From: Actinomycetes bacterium
GTDB lineage: Bacteria > Actinomycetota > Actinomycetes > JAHEKZ01
Assembly: GCA_024644345.1 (NCBI GenBank)
Contig: JAHELE010000005.1
Coordinates: 1-59,063, forward strand
Length of the DNA stretch: 59,063 nt
Direction: 5' to 3'
Numbering within the stretch: position 1 is the stretch's first letter; each line of letters starts with the position of its first letter. Below, in pieces: positions 1-9,499 of the stretch. The notes beneath the pieces were generated by a model. The model ran no database searches. It was not told the origin of the DNA and saw nothing but the letters and a program-made list of their open reading frames with translations. A program made the position numbers and the translations under genes.

Positions 1-324
1 AGCCTTGGACTGCATGACGCTCACACTCGCTGTGGCGTATGTGGACTCGCCCACAGACGGTGCGTCTGGATCTCGGGTGTACTCCACCGACCAGCCGACA
101 AAGGACTCGCCTCTCTCTGCCGCCACCGGGGAGCGCAGCCACCCGTCCTGGCTCTCCGGCAACCCTTCGAGCAGCCGCTCGACCTCGGCGGGAACCGTCG
201 GCCAGGCACGCTCTGCGACCGTCGTCTCATCGCCGCCGGCAGGCTCGGACCTCGGAGACTCACTGGCGCCACACGCTGGAGCCACCAATAGGGCGACAAC
301 AACGGCAGAAACTAACCACTTCAC
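1..324 (-). CDS. Putative lipoprotein, 3' end truncated by the window edge
   Basis: Read manually from GTG at 324: MKWLVSAVVVALLVAPACGASESPRSEPAGG... Basic N-terminus, hydrophobic stretch and lipobox-like Cys. Frame stays open to base 1 (absent from the ORF track because no stop lies in the window). Confidence 0.65.
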   Translation of the reverse strand, partial: MKWLVSAVVVALLVAPACGASESPRSEPAGGDETTVAERAWPTVPAEVERLLEGLPESQDGWLRSPVAAERGESFVGWSVEYTRDPDAPSVGESTYATASVSVMQSKA

Positions 325-357
325 ACTGTCAGCGTGCCGCGCCTTGCCTGTGAGGGG

Positions 358-1395
358 TCAGAGGCGGAAGTCACCCCAGTTCAGAGCGTTCTTCTTGCTC
401 GGCTGCACCCGGGGTGGCTCCCCCGGCATCTTCGGGAAGTTCGGCGGGTAGTTGGTTTCACCTTGCCCATTGGCCTCATCGCGAGCCACCCACTCCAAGG
501 CCCGGTCCAGACCAGCCGCCGCCTCGTGCATCGAAGACTGCAAGTCGCCCACCTCGGCGAGACGCTCCGGCACTGTGTGAATGGTGAAGTCCATCGTGCT
601 GACCGACGCGAGCTCATCCCACGTGACGGGCGTCGACACCGGCGCGCCGGCCCTGGCACGCACCGTGTAGGCGGCGGCAATCGTCTTGTCGGGCAGCATC
701 TGGTTGAAGTCGATGAAGAGCCGTTCGCCTCGCTCCTCCTTCCACCACGCCGAGGTCACCCGGTCCGGAGCCCGTCTCTCCAACTCTCGCGCGATCGCCA
801 GCACCGAGCGACGCACCTGCGGAAAGGTCCACCCGGGAGTCAGGGGTACGTCCACGTGAATCCCACGACCGCCGGACGTCTTGGGGAATCCGGTGACTCC
901 CAGCTCGTCGAGCATCGGCCGCAGCAGTTCCAACGCCACCCACACGGCATCGGAGAAGTCGGTTCCCGGCTGTGGGTCGAGGTCGATCCGCATCAGGTCG
1001 GGGTGCGCGAGGTCGGACGCCATGGCGGGCCACGGGTGCAGGGTGATCGTGCCGTACTGGGCCGCCCACACCAGATCGGCCGGATGCTCAGGCCTCAGCA
1101 CCTCGGCCTTGCGACCACCGGGAAAGGCAACGGTGACCCGACCTAACCACTCGGGTGCCCGCGGGGGTAGCCGCTTCTGGTAGACCTCCTCGCCTTCGAT
1201 CCCGTCGGGGTAGCGCTGGAGGTACGTGGGCCGACCGGCGACCGACGTCAGCGCGATCTCCGCGACCGACGCGTAGTAGTTGACCAGGTCGATTTTGCGA
1301 CCGCGCCCGCCAAGATCAGGGAAGTAGGGCTTGTCCGGGTTGGAGATCGACACGGTTCGATCACCTGCAGCGACATCAATGCGTTCGGTGACCAC
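358..1395 (-). CDS. Stand-alone LigD-type primase-polymerase (Prim-PolC/PolD1, Rv3730c-like)
   Basis: AEP motifs RIDLDP, KTSGGRGIHV, WWKEERG, FIDFNQ and C-terminal PPNFPKMPGEPPRVQPS typical of Prim-PolC. No ligase domain. Confidence 0.9.
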   Translation of the reverse strand: MVTERIDVAAGDRTVSISNPDKPYFPDLGGRGRKIDLVNYYASVAEIALTSVAGRPTYLQRYPDGIEGEEVYQKRLPPRAPEWLGRVTVAFPGGRKAEVLRPEHPADLVWAAQYGTITLHPWPAMASDLAHPDLMRIDLDPQPGTDFSDAVWVALELLRPMLDELGVTGFPKTSGGRGIHVDVPLTPGWTFPQVRRSVLAIARELERRAPDRVTSAWWKEERGERLFIDFNQMLPDKTIAAAYTVRARAGAPVSTPVTWDELASVSTMDFTIHTVPERLAEVGDLQSSMHEAAAGLDRALEWVARDEANGQGETNYPPNFPKMPGEPPRVQPSKKNALNWGDFRL

Positions 1396-1473
1396 GGGAT
1401 TGACCGTACTTCGTCACCGGGCGGTAAGACGCCAGAACTGGCCGGCCACGCTTGGGCGACCTAACGTGGGGGC

Positions 1474-1878
1474 ATGACCCAACGCCTTGAGAAGACCGAC
1501 GCCGAGTGGCGCGCCCAGCTGTCCCCGCAGGAGTACGCGGTGCTGCGTCAGGCTGGCACCGAGCCCGCCTTCACCGGCGAGTACACCGACACCACGACCA
1601 CCGGCGTCTACCGGTGCCGGGCCTGCAACCACGAGCTCTTCCGCTCAGACACCAAGTTCGCCAGCCACTGCGGGTGGCCATCCTTCTACGCCCCGACCGA
1701 GGGCGATGCCGTCGAGCTGATTGAGGACCGGACCCTCGGCATGGTGCGCACCGAGGCGCGCTGCGCGAACTGCGGCTCGCACCTCGGGCACGTCTTTGAG
1801 GGCGAAGGGTACGACGTACCCACCGACCAGCGGTGGTGCATCAACTCGATCAGCCTCACCCTCGAACCGACCGAGTAG
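1474..1878 (+). CDS. msrB: Peptide-methionine (R)-S-oxide reductase
   Basis: GTEPAFTG, CRAC, SHCGWPSF, CANCGSHLGHVF and RWCINS motifs. Confidence 0.97.
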   Translation: MTQRLEKTDAEWRAQLSPQEYAVLRQAGTEPAFTGEYTDTTTTGVYRCRACNHELFRSDTKFASHCGWPSFYAPTEGDAVELIEDRTLGMVRTEARCANCGSHLGHVFEGEGYDVPTDQRWCINSISLTLEPTE

Positions 1879-1887
1879 CTGCAGCCC

Positions 1888-2418
1888 TCAGGCCTGCTCC
1901 ACGACCGGTTCGCCGGTCGGTGCCATCTCGCGCAGCTCGGCGATCAGCGCCTCGATGTCTTCGTGCTTGTGGTTCATGGTGCGGTGGGCCACGTTCGTCG
2001 CGTGCGGCAACACCGAGTCGACGTCATCGGGGAGCCTGGCGGCGATCACCATCACGGCACCTTCCCCTGCGTCGAGAGCTGTTCCGAGTTCGGCAATGTC
2101 CTTGCGCGAGACTCCGTGCCACAGATGTGCAGCAGCCCTCGCTGCTCCGCCACCGGCGGCCGCGGTGACCAGGATGATGGGCGGGTAGAGCAGGCCCAGC
2201 AGCCCACCGACGACGGTGCCGGCGATCCCGCCCTTGTCGGCGTCCGGCTCAAGGTGGTTGACCACTTTGGCCTTGCCGGTGGACGTGCGCTCCACCAAGG
2301 CCAGGGCGTAGATCCGCTCGCTCCACAGCTCTTCACGGTTCTTCGCGATGTGCTCGTAGTCGAGCTCAGCACGATGACGGTTGTCGTACGTCCCGACGAC
2401 AATGACTGGATGAGCCAT
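1888..2418 (-). CDS. DUF1269-like membrane-associated protein
   Basis: Gly-rich hydrophobic segment GGIAGTVVGGLLGLLYPP followed by ELGTALDAGEGAVMV. AGGAGG RBS upstream. Confidence 0.7.
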   Translation of the reverse strand: MAHPVIVVGTYDNRHRAELDYEHIAKNREELWSERIYALALVERTSTGKAKVVNHLEPDADKGGIAGTVVGGLLGLLYPPIILVTAAAGGGAARAAAHLWHGVSRKDIAELGTALDAGEGAVMVIAARLPDDVDSVLPHATNVAHRTMNHKHEDIEALIAELREMAPTGEPVVEQA

Positions 2419-2463
2419 GACAGCCTCCTACCGCAGATGCTTTCACCTGCAGGTTAGTGCCGA

Positions 2464-3222
2464 TCAGGGCAGTGACGCCACGATCTCGGCCACGCCACGG
2501 CGACGCCCGGTGTAGAACGGGATCTCCTCGCGCACGTGCAGCCGGGCCTTGGACGCCCGCAGGTGCCGCATGAGGTCGACAATTCGGTACAGCTCGTCCG
2601 CCTCGAAAGCCAGCAGCCACTCGTAGTCGCCGAGCGCAAACGATGCCACCGTGTTGGCCCGGACATCTGCGTATCCACGGGCCATCTGCCCGTGTTCGGC
2701 CAGCATCGCGCGACGCTCCTCATCGGGCAGCACATACCACTCGTACGAGCGGACGAAGGGGTAGACGCACACGTACCGTTTCGGGTCCTCGTCAGCCAGG
2801 AACGCTGGAACGTGGCTCTTGTTGAACTCAGCCGGGCGGTGCAGCGCCATCTGCGACCAGACGGGCTCGGACGTCGCACCCAGCGCCGTCTGTCGGAACG
2901 CCGAGTACGCGTCCTGCAGGTCGTCGCTGTGCTCGGCGTGCCACCAGATCATGTAGTCCGCATCGGCCCGCAGACCTTGCAGGTCGTAGACGCCGCGGAC
3001 CACGACACCCTTGTCGGCCAGCTGGTCGAAGAGCGTGTCCACCTCGGCCGCGACGCCAGCACGGTCATCGGGCTGCTGTGAGGAGGTGCGGAACACCGAC
3101 CACGCGGTGTAGCGGATCACATCGTTGAGGTCGCGGGCCTGTTTGCCGGTGATGGTGCGGCCGGCGGGACCGGGGCTCGGGTCTGCAGCTGTTTCGGAAG
3201 AGGGGTTCGGTTCGTCGCTCAC
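2464..3222 (-). CDS. hemQ: Coproheme decarboxylase (H2O2-dependent heme synthase, chlorite-dismutase fold)
   Basis: [27 protein letters not shown] and FALGDYEW motifs. Directly downstream of hemY. Start set at GTG 3222. Confidence 0.95.
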   Translation of the reverse strand: MSDEPNPSSETAADPSPGPAGRTITGKQARDLNDVIRYTAWSVFRTSSQQPDDRAGVAAEVDTLFDQLADKGVVVRGVYDLQGLRADADYMIWWHAEHSDDLQDAYSAFRQTALGATSEPVWSQMALHRPAEFNKSHVPAFLADEDPKRYVCVYPFVRSYEWYVLPDEERRAMLAEHGQMARGYADVRANTVASFALGDYEWLLAFEADELYRIVDLMRHLRASKARLHVREEIPFYTGRRRGVAEIVASLP

Positions 3223-3232
3223 TCCCCCATTG

Positions 3233-4597
3233 TCACCCGTCGGCATCCTCGGTGACCACTCGGTCTGCCGCAGTCCAGCCCGAGGCAATGCATGCCGGGA
3301 TCCCCACCCCGTCCCAGGCTGCTCCTGCTACTGCAATTCCGGGAGGCAGCGAGCGGCGCGCCAGCGCCACCCGCTCGCGATGACCCACCCGGTACTGGGG
3401 CAACGACCGCTCCCACCTCGTCACGGCGGTTGCGCGTGGGTCCCCCCGAAGACCGAGCACCTGCGACACCTCGTCGAGGACGACGCGGATGAGGTCCGCG
3501 TCATCGAGCTCGAGACCACGCTCGTCGCCGTGTCGCCCTACCGAGAACCGCAGCACCTCGCGTCCCGGAGCGGCGTCGGCCACCCACCCCCACTTGCGAC
3601 TGACAAAGGTCGCAGCTTTCGTGACGCGGCCGGTGATCGGCGGAACCAGGAAGCCGGTGCCCAGCAGGTCGGCAGTGACCGATTCGGTGTCGAACACCGC
3701 AGTGACGAGGGCAACGGTGGCGTAGTCGAGACCGGCGGCCGCACTCGACGCCGCAGGCGCGACGGTGGCGAGCAGTCGCGCGGCTGCGAAACCGGGCACT
3801 GCGACGACCACCCGTTCGGCCACGATCGTCTCGGCCCCACCGAGTCCAATCGCCCACTTGCCGTCAGCGCCCTCCAGCCGTGTCACCGTCGTGCCGGTCA
3901 CCACCTGGACTCCGCCGGATCGGGTCAACGACTGGGGAAGTGAACCGAGTCCCCCCACGACTGACGCGAAAACCGGGCCGTCGGCAGACCGAGAACGCAT
4001 CGCAGCCACCGCGCCGACCACCGAACCGCAGCGCGCCACCTCCGCAAGCAGCCCGGGGATGGCGGCCTCGACCGAGATCTCGTCAGCGCGCCCGGCGTAG
4101 ACGCCGCCGAGCAACGGTTCGACGAGCAGGTCGACGACGCGATCGCCCAGCTGACCGCCCACCAGGTCGGCAACCGACATGTCGGTGAGACCCCCTGGTG
4201 GCAGCTGCGGCTCGTGGACGACGCGCTCGACTGCGCTGTCGCCAAGAACCGCAAGCAGGTCAAAATCGCTGACGTCGCAGGGAATGCCGAGCAGCTGGCT
4301 CTTCGGCAACGGGTACAGCTGGTCGAGCCACAGCCCGGCTCCTGAGGTGGCGGGGTGCACCAGATCGTCATGACGTCCGGCCGCGGCGATGAGCTCCAGA
4401 CCCTCAGGACGTCGGGCCAGCAACGACTCGGCACCGGCGTCGAGCGTCACCCCGTCGACGACGTGACTAGCCAGCTTGCCCCCAACGGTCTGTGTGCGCT
4501 CCAGGACAGTGACCTGGTCACCGCGGATCGCACATCGTTGGGCCGCCGCCAGACCCGCAATCCCGCCACCGATGACGACCGTTCGCACTGCTGACAC
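3233..4597 (-). CDS. hemY: Coproporphyrinogen/protoporphyrinogen oxidase (CgoX/HemY)
   Basis: FAD-binding [38 protein letters not shown] and GVGIPACI motifs. Start uncertain (4588, 4597 or 4618). Confidence 0.93.
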   Translation of the reverse strand: MSAVRTVVIGGGIAGLAAAQRCAIRGDQVTVLERTQTVGGKLASHVVDGVTLDAGAESLLARRPEGLELIAAAGRHDDLVHPATSGAGLWLDQLYPLPKSQLLGIPCDVSDFDLLAVLGDSAVERVVHEPQLPPGGLTDMSVADLVGGQLGDRVVDLLVEPLLGGVYAGRADEISVEAAIPGLLAEVARCGSVVGAVAAMRSRSADGPVFASVVGGLGSLPQSLTRSGGVQVVTGTTVTRLEGADGKWAIGLGGAETIVAERVVVAVPGFAAARLLATVAPAASSAAAGLDYATVALVTAVFDTESVTADLLGTGFLVPPITGRVTKAATFVSRKWGWVADAAPGREVLRFSVGRHGDERGLELDDADLIRVVLDEVSQVLGLRGDPRATAVTRWERSLPQYRVGHRERVALARRSLPPGIAVAGAAWDGVGIPACIASGWTAADRVVTEDADG

Positions 4598-4609
4598 GGC
4601 CGCCAGCCT

Positions 4610-4636
4610 GTCAGACACACGTCACGAACGGGTGAC
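4610..4636. promoter_or_regulatory. Three GTnAC-like direct repeats at 11-bp spacing (OmpR-family MtrA/GlnR-type box)
   Basis: GTCAG 4610-4614, GTCAC 4621-4625 and GTGAC 4632-4636 in the divergent hemY/DUF4349 intergenic region. Confidence 0.45.
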
Positions 4637-4650
4637 AGGGCAGCGGTAGG

Positions 4651-4676
4651 GGAACCACGCCTACCGGAGCCGCGTC
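4651..4676 (+). promoter_or_regulatory. ECF sigma-type promoter candidate for the DUF4349 gene
   Basis: GGAAC-N17-CGTC about 60 bp upstream of the ATG at 4739. Confidence 0.45.
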
Positions 4677-4738
4677 CTACGCCCCGACACAGCGCATCAC
4701 ACGGGCCGTGTCGGAAGCGATCAAGCCCGGGAGGGGCC

Positions 4739-5725
4739 ATGAGGGGTTCGCGCACCGCTGCACTGTCGATCGTCACGCTCACCGGAACCGCGATGTTGCT
4801 CGCGGGATGCTCAGGAGGAGGTGATGAGTCCATGTCGGCAGTCAGCGACAGTGCCGTTGGCGGAACGAGGGACCTCTCAGGGTCGGTCCCGGAAGCGGCC
4901 GGGGACACGGCGCTTGTCGGAACCGGCGGCGTGGTCAAGGACGGTAGCTCGAAGCCCACAGGTGACGGCCTGTTGGCTGATATCCCTGGGGAACGCGACG
5001 TCATCGCCACCGCCGAGATGACCCTCAGGTCGCAGGACGTCGGGGCCACCGTCGATGCCATTGAGCTCATCGCCACTTCCGCAGGCGGGTTCGTGTCCGG
5101 ACGCGACGTCAACAGCAACCCGGACGACCCCAAGGGCACCCGCGCCGTCATCGTCGTCCGCGTCCCGACCACCAAGCTCGACTCGGTGATCAGCCGCGCA
5201 CAGGATGAAGGTGACGTCGTCCGTATCACCGCCGACGAGCAAGACGTCACCCAGACGGTTGTCGACGTCGACAGCCGGGTCGCGAGCGCCCGGGCCAGCG
5301 TCGAACGGATCCGCTCCCTGCTGAGCGAGGCCACCACGATCGGCGAGGTCGTGCGCATCGAGAGTGAGCTGTCGCGCCGCGAGGCCGACCTCGAGTCGCT
5401 GCTTGCTCAGCAACGATCCCTCGCCGATCAGACCTCGTTGGCCACCCTGTCGGTGACGGTGCTCGCACCCAACGCCGTCGAGCCTCCTCCGGAGGAGACG
5501 ACCGGGTTCCTTCCCGGCCTGCAGCGTGGCTGGGATGCGCTCGTGGGCGTGGTCGTGGTGGCACTCACCACTATCGGCGTCCTGCTTCCCTTCCTCGTCG
5601 TCCTCGCGCTCATCCTCGGCCCGATCGCGGCCGCCTGGCGCCGGCGTCAACAGAGGACGCACCCCGCTAACGGCTCAGCAGCCGACGACGCACCGCGTGA
5701 GCGCGAGCCCGAGCCGGTGGGCTAG
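4739..5725 (+). CDS. DUF4349 lipoprotein with C-terminal TM helix
   Basis: Lipobox LLAGC; RVP, DVTQTVVDVDSR and coiled-coil IESELSRREADLESL; C-terminal hydrophobic LLPFLVV. GGAGGGG RBS. Confidence 0.88.
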   Translation: MRGSRTAALSIVTLTGTAMLLAGCSGGGDESMSAVSDSAVGGTRDLSGSVPEAAGDTALVGTGGVVKDGSSKPTGDGLLADIPGERDVIATAEMTLRSQDVGATVDAIELIATSAGGFVSGRDVNSNPDDPKGTRAVIVVRVPTTKLDSVISRAQDEGDVVRITADEQDVTQTVVDVDSRVASARASVERIRSLLSEATTIGEVVRIESELSRREADLESLLAQQRSLADQTSLATLSVTVLAPNAVEPPPEETTGFLPGLQRGWDALVGVVVVALTTIGVLLPFLVVLALILGPIAAAWRRRQQRTHPANGSAADDAPREREPEPVG

Positions 5726-5748
5726 ACGTCGACGTGTGATGTGCGACG

Positions 5749-6141
5749 TCAGAACATCCCGTTGGTGTTGGCCGAGGTGGGCGGCACGACCTGGAGGACA
5801 TCCCAGTGCTCGAGGACTTTGCCGTCGGCGTCGACCCGGAAGATGTCGATCCCCGCGTAGTCGTGGTCTCCGGGCCAGGTCTGGTGGCAGTGCAGCACCA
5901 CGAGGTCACCCTCGGCGACGACGCGGACAAAGTTCACCCGCTTTCCCGGGTACTCGGCGGCCATATGTTCGAAGTACGCGATGAAGGCACGCTTGCCGTC
6001 GCCAACGGCCGGGTTGTGCTGGATGTACGTGGCTCCCGCGTAGCGCTCGATTGCTTCGGCGGGGCGACACTCGTTGAACATCAGGTCGTAGAACGCCTGG
6101 ACGTTGCGCTTGTTGCGTTCAAGATGGTCGGACGCCGTCAT
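5749..6141 (-). CDS. SnoaL/NTF2-like protein
   Basis: [21 protein letters not shown] and EHWDV motifs. ATG at 6141 after a GAGGAG RBS. Confidence 0.88.
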   Translation of the reverse strand: MTASDHLERNKRNVQAFYDLMFNECRPAEAIERYAGATYIQHNPAVGDGKRAFIAYFEHMAAEYPGKRVNFVRVVAEGDLVVLHCHQTWPGDHDYAGIDIFRVDADGKVLEHWDVLQVVPPTSANTNGMF

Positions 6142-6154
6142 GCTGACTCCTCTG

Positions 6155-7195
6155 CTATCGCCGGGTGCGTTCGTGCACCTGGCGAACGACGGCCGCGAGC
6201 ACCTCGGGGTCACTCGTCGGCAGCACGCCATGTCCGAGGTTGAAGACGTGCCCTGGCAGATGCTTCGCCGACTCGAGGACTCCGTCGACCCTGGTTCGCA
6301 CGGCGTCGGGCGACGCGAAGATCACCGCCGGGTCGAGATTGCCCTGCAGCGCCACGCCGTCACCAACACGCGTTGCTGCATCAGATAACGAGAGCCGGTA
6401 GTCGACACCCACGACGTCGGCGCCGGCATCACGCATGAGTGGCAGCAGCTCACCGGTGTTCACGCCGAAATGGATGCGCGGAACCCCGGTCTCACCGAGC
6501 GAGCTCAGGATCCGCTGCGAGTGCGGCATGACATAGCGCCGGTAGTCAGCCGGGGACAGCGCCCCCACCCACGAGTCGAAGAGCTGGATGGCGGAGGCAC
6601 CGGCAGCAACCTGCACGTGAAGATACGCAGCAGAGATGTCGGCGAGCACAGACATCAAGGCATGCCACACATCCTCCTCGCTGTACATCAGTGCCTTGGT
6701 GTGCTCGTGGTTCTTCGACGGTCCCCCCTCGACCAGATAGGACGCCAACGTGAACGGTGCACCGGCAAACCCGATGAGCGGTGTGGCGCCGAGCTCAGAG
6801 GTGAGCAGGCCGATCGCCTCGGTGATGTAGGGGACATCGTCGGGTGTGAGCGTGCCGATGGCGTCCACCTGCTCGCGACGCCGCACCGGCTCGGCCATCA
6901 CCGGCCCCACCCCGGGAACGATGTCGAGGTCGACCCCGATCGCCTTCAGCGGCAGCACGATGTCGCTGAAGAAGATGGCGGCATCGACGCCGTAGCGTCG
7001 AACCGGCTGCAGCGTGATCTCGGCGACCAGATCTGGCCTCGTACAGGCCTCGAGCATGGTCGTACCCTCGCGAACCTTCCGGTACTCGGGCAAGGATCGA
7101 CCGGCCTGGCGCATGAACCAGACCGGTGTGTGCTCGACCGGCTGACGCCTGCAGGCACGCAGGAACGCCGAGTCGGCGAGCGATGGGTCAGACAC
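6155..7195 (-). CDS. hemE: Uroporphyrinogen decarboxylase
   Basis: [37 protein letters not shown] and FNLGHG motifs. Confidence 0.97.
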   Translation of the reverse strand: MSDPSLADSAFLRACRRQPVEHTPVWFMRQAGRSLPEYRKVREGTTMLEACTRPDLVAEITLQPVRRYGVDAAIFFSDIVLPLKAIGVDLDIVPGVGPVMAEPVRRREQVDAIGTLTPDDVPYITEAIGLLTSELGATPLIGFAGAPFTLASYLVEGGPSKNHEHTKALMYSEEDVWHALMSVLADISAAYLHVQVAAGASAIQLFDSWVGALSPADYRRYVMPHSQRILSSLGETGVPRIHFGVNTGELLPLMRDAGADVVGVDYRLSLSDAATRVGDGVALQGNLDPAVIFASPDAVRTRVDGVLESAKHLPGHVFNLGHGVLPTSDPEVLAAVVRQVHERTRR

Positions 7196-7230
7196 GATCA
7201 GTCATCGTGTCACGGAAGCGGCGGCCCGGC

Positions 7231-8076
7231 TCACCCGGCCGCCAGCAGAACGATGCCGCAGAGCGCTCCCCCGACTCCGAAGAACTGCAGCCGCGTCAGT
7301 CGTTCCTTGAGCACGATCCGCGCCAGCAGCAGCGTGGCCACCGGGTACAGCGACCCGAGCACGGACGTGACGCTGAGCAGGCCGAGCGTCGACGACCAGG
7401 CGAAGGCCCCGTTGGCCGCGGCGTCCCCTGCCCCGACGCCGGCAAGCCCAGGCACGTCACGCCACCGCACACCCACGAGCCGCGTCAGAAGCACGACGGG
7501 GATCACCATCAGCAACACGCTGGTCGATCGCTGCACCACGAGGGTCATGCCGATGCTGAACTGGCCTCCCCCGTCGAGGCAGACGAAAGCACCGCCGAAC
7601 CCCAGCGCGGCAACCAACGCGAGCGCAATCGATGTGGTGTGCGCCTCCCTGGCCGCGTCCTCACGCGGTGCGTCCGGCCCGCTGGCCAAGATCACGCCCA
7701 CGAACCCGACGACGATGCCGACGTACTGCAGCGTTGACGGCTGCTCGCCCTGCACCAGGCCCCAGGCCACCGGAACCACGATGCCGGTTGCCGCGATCGG
7801 CGAGACCACCCCCATCGTCCCGATCGACAGGGCCCAGTAGAAACACACCAGACCCACTGGGCCGACGATTCCCGCGCCCACCCCCCACCAGAAGTAGCCG
7901 GACGGGTCGTCGAACGAGCCGAGCAGCCAGGCTGTGGGAATGATCAGCGCCAAAGCGATCGCCTGCGAGACCAGCACCACGACCGCGGCAGCCATCCGCT
8001 TGGTGTACAGCCCACCGAAGAAGTCGGCTGTCCCCCACAGCAGACTGGAGAGCAAGGCAAGGGCAGCGGCCATCAC
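7231..8076 (-). CDS. EamA/DMT family transporter
   Basis: About 10 TM helices; WGTADFFGG, GTMGVVSPI and SLYPVATLLLARIVLKERL. Confidence 0.88.
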   Translation of the reverse strand: MMAAALALLSSLLWGTADFFGGLYTKRMAAAVVVLVSQAIALALIIPTAWLLGSFDDPSGYFWWGVGAGIVGPVGLVCFYWALSIGTMGVVSPIAATGIVVPVAWGLVQGEQPSTLQYVGIVVGFVGVILASGPDAPREDAAREAHTTSIALALVAALGFGGAFVCLDGGGQFSIGMTLVVQRSTSVLLMVIPVVLLTRLVGVRWRDVPGLAGVGAGDAAANGAFAWSSTLGLLSVTSVLGSLYPVATLLLARIVLKERLTRLQFFGVGGALCGIVLLAAG

Positions 8077-8146
8077 GGCAGGTTAGGTCCACGACCCGCG
8101 CGCGTCGCGGTCGGGAGGGGCACCTGGCTCGACGTACCCTGAGTCC

Positions 8147-8707
8147 GTGACCGTGCCGGATTCCCCACCGGAGACCTTCTCCCGAGCGCTTGAGTCGCTC
8201 CGGGCTGCCCGACTCCGCCCAGAAGTCAGCTGCGATGAGGCGCCCGCCCCTCAGCGGTTGGCCCCGTTCTCGGTCGCGCTGACCGCCGATGTCGTGGTCG
8301 ATGACGACGAAATCGGCTCGGGCCGCTTCGTCGTGCTGCACAATCCCGACGGCCACGAGTCGTGGGAGGGCACGTTTCGGGTGGTCACCTTCGCGCGAGC
8401 CAGTCTCGATGTGGAGATGGCTGCTGACCCGCTGGTGACCGGAGTCGGCTGGTCGTGGCTGATGGAGTGCCTGGCGGCCCACCGGCTCGACATCGCTGCG
8501 GCCAGCGGCACCGTGACCAGGGTGGCCTCCGAGAGCTTCGGCTCGATGGCCGACCGCCCGGCCTCGGCCGAGATCGAGATCCGGGCCTCCTGGACCCCGA
8601 CCGACGACGCACTGGGTGAGCACCTGCTGGCCTGGGGCGACCTGCTGTGCACCGCCGCCGGACTCCCCCCGCTTCCGGCAGGGGTCGTTCCCCTGGGCCG
8701 TCGCTGA
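8147..8707 (+). CDS. DUF3000 family protein
   Basis: PAPQRLAPFS, GRFVVLHNPDG, VGWSWL and EIRASWTP motifs. Usual position between hemE and rnd. Confidence 0.9.
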   Translation: MTVPDSPPETFSRALESLRAARLRPEVSCDEAPAPQRLAPFSVALTADVVVDDDEIGSGRFVVLHNPDGHESWEGTFRVVTFARASLDVEMAADPLVTGVGWSWLMECLAAHRLDIAAASGTVTRVASESFGSMADRPASAEIEIRASWTPTDDALGEHLLAWGDLLCTAAGLPPLPAGVVPLGRR

Positions 8708-8724
8708 GCGACCGCTCCATCTAC

Positions 8725-8740
8725 TAGGCCATTTGGCCTA
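8725..8740. promoter_or_regulatory. Perfect palindrome overlapping the -35 of the whiI promoter (operator candidate)
   Basis: TAGGCCA-TT-TGGCCTA. Confidence 0.5.
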
Positions 8741-8766
8741 CAGCCCCGTCCTGTGCCGTCCGATGA
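8739..8766 (+). promoter_or_regulatory. WhiG/sigma28-type promoter candidate
   Basis: TACA-N16-TCCGATGA versus the consensus TAAA-N15/16-GCCGATAA, upstream of a whiI orthologue. Confidence 0.6.
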
Positions 8767-8856
8767 GGAATCAGGTGGGTAATCCGGGCTAGTCCGGTCC
8801 TGCCTGCTCGATCGGCACAGTTGGACGTCTCGGCGTCCGACCGGAGGGAGGGACGG

Positions 8857-9474
8857 GTGACCACACTCGTCGAACGTGGCGGGCATCCGCACGCGTTCCG
8901 CACAGCCCGTTTCACCGCGCTCGCGGTCGTCGCCAACCCAGGCGTCCGTGAGGCCGTTGTCCGTCGGCTGCACATTCTGGGAGCTGCTTCGGTCGCCGAG
9001 GCCGCCTCAGTGGCCGAGGCTCGTGCCCGCGCCATCGCCGATGGTCCCCGCGACCTCTGTGTCATCGACCTTGCCCTTCCCGACGGCTCCGGCCTTCAGC
9101 TCCTCGGCGAGCTGCGCCAAGCCGGTTGGGGTCGCTGTGTCGCTCTGTCCCCGGGGGACGACCCCTACTCGGTCCGCGCCGCGCTTGCCGCCGGCGTCAA
9201 AGGGTTCGTCGTCACCGGCGGAGCGCCGGACCCCGCACGGTCGGCGCCAGGTCCCCGGCCTCGCGGCACCGGAGGCCCAGAAGGGCTGTCGGCCCGAGAG
9301 ATCGAGGTTCTGCAGCTCGTGGCCGGTGGACACTCGAACCGTGACATCGGTGGCGAGCTGAGCCTGTCGGCACTCACCGTGAAGAGCCACCTGGCTCGGA
9401 TCGCACGCAAGCTCGGGACCGGTGACCGTGCCGAAATGGTCGCCGTGGCACTGCGTGCCGGGGTCATCAGCTAG
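8857..9474 (+). CDS. whiI: Orphan atypical NarL/LuxR response regulator, WhiI-like
   Basis: LPDGSGL, ALAAGVKGFVVTG and LSALTVKSHLARIARKLGTGDRAEMVAVALRAG match Streptomyces WhiI as I recall it. Same synteny (DUF3000-whiI-rnd-fadA-fadB). GGAGGGAG RBS before GTG 8857. Confidence 0.82.
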   Translation: MTTLVERGGHPHAFRTARFTALAVVANPGVREAVVRRLHILGAASVAEAASVAEARARAIADGPRDLCVIDLALPDGSGLQLLGELRQAGWGRCVALSPGDDPYSVRAALAAGVKGFVVTGGAPDPARSAPGPRPRGTGGPEGLSAREIEVLQLVAGGHSNRDIGGELSLSALTVKSHLARIARKLGTGDRAEMVAVALRAGVIS

Positions 9475-9499
9475 TACCAGGCCCGCGTACGGTGGCGCC

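Noticed and set aside
2464-7195. hemQ-hemY-hemE cluster as a novel pathway
   Set aside because: This is the standard coproporphyrin-dependent haem pathway of Actinobacteria.
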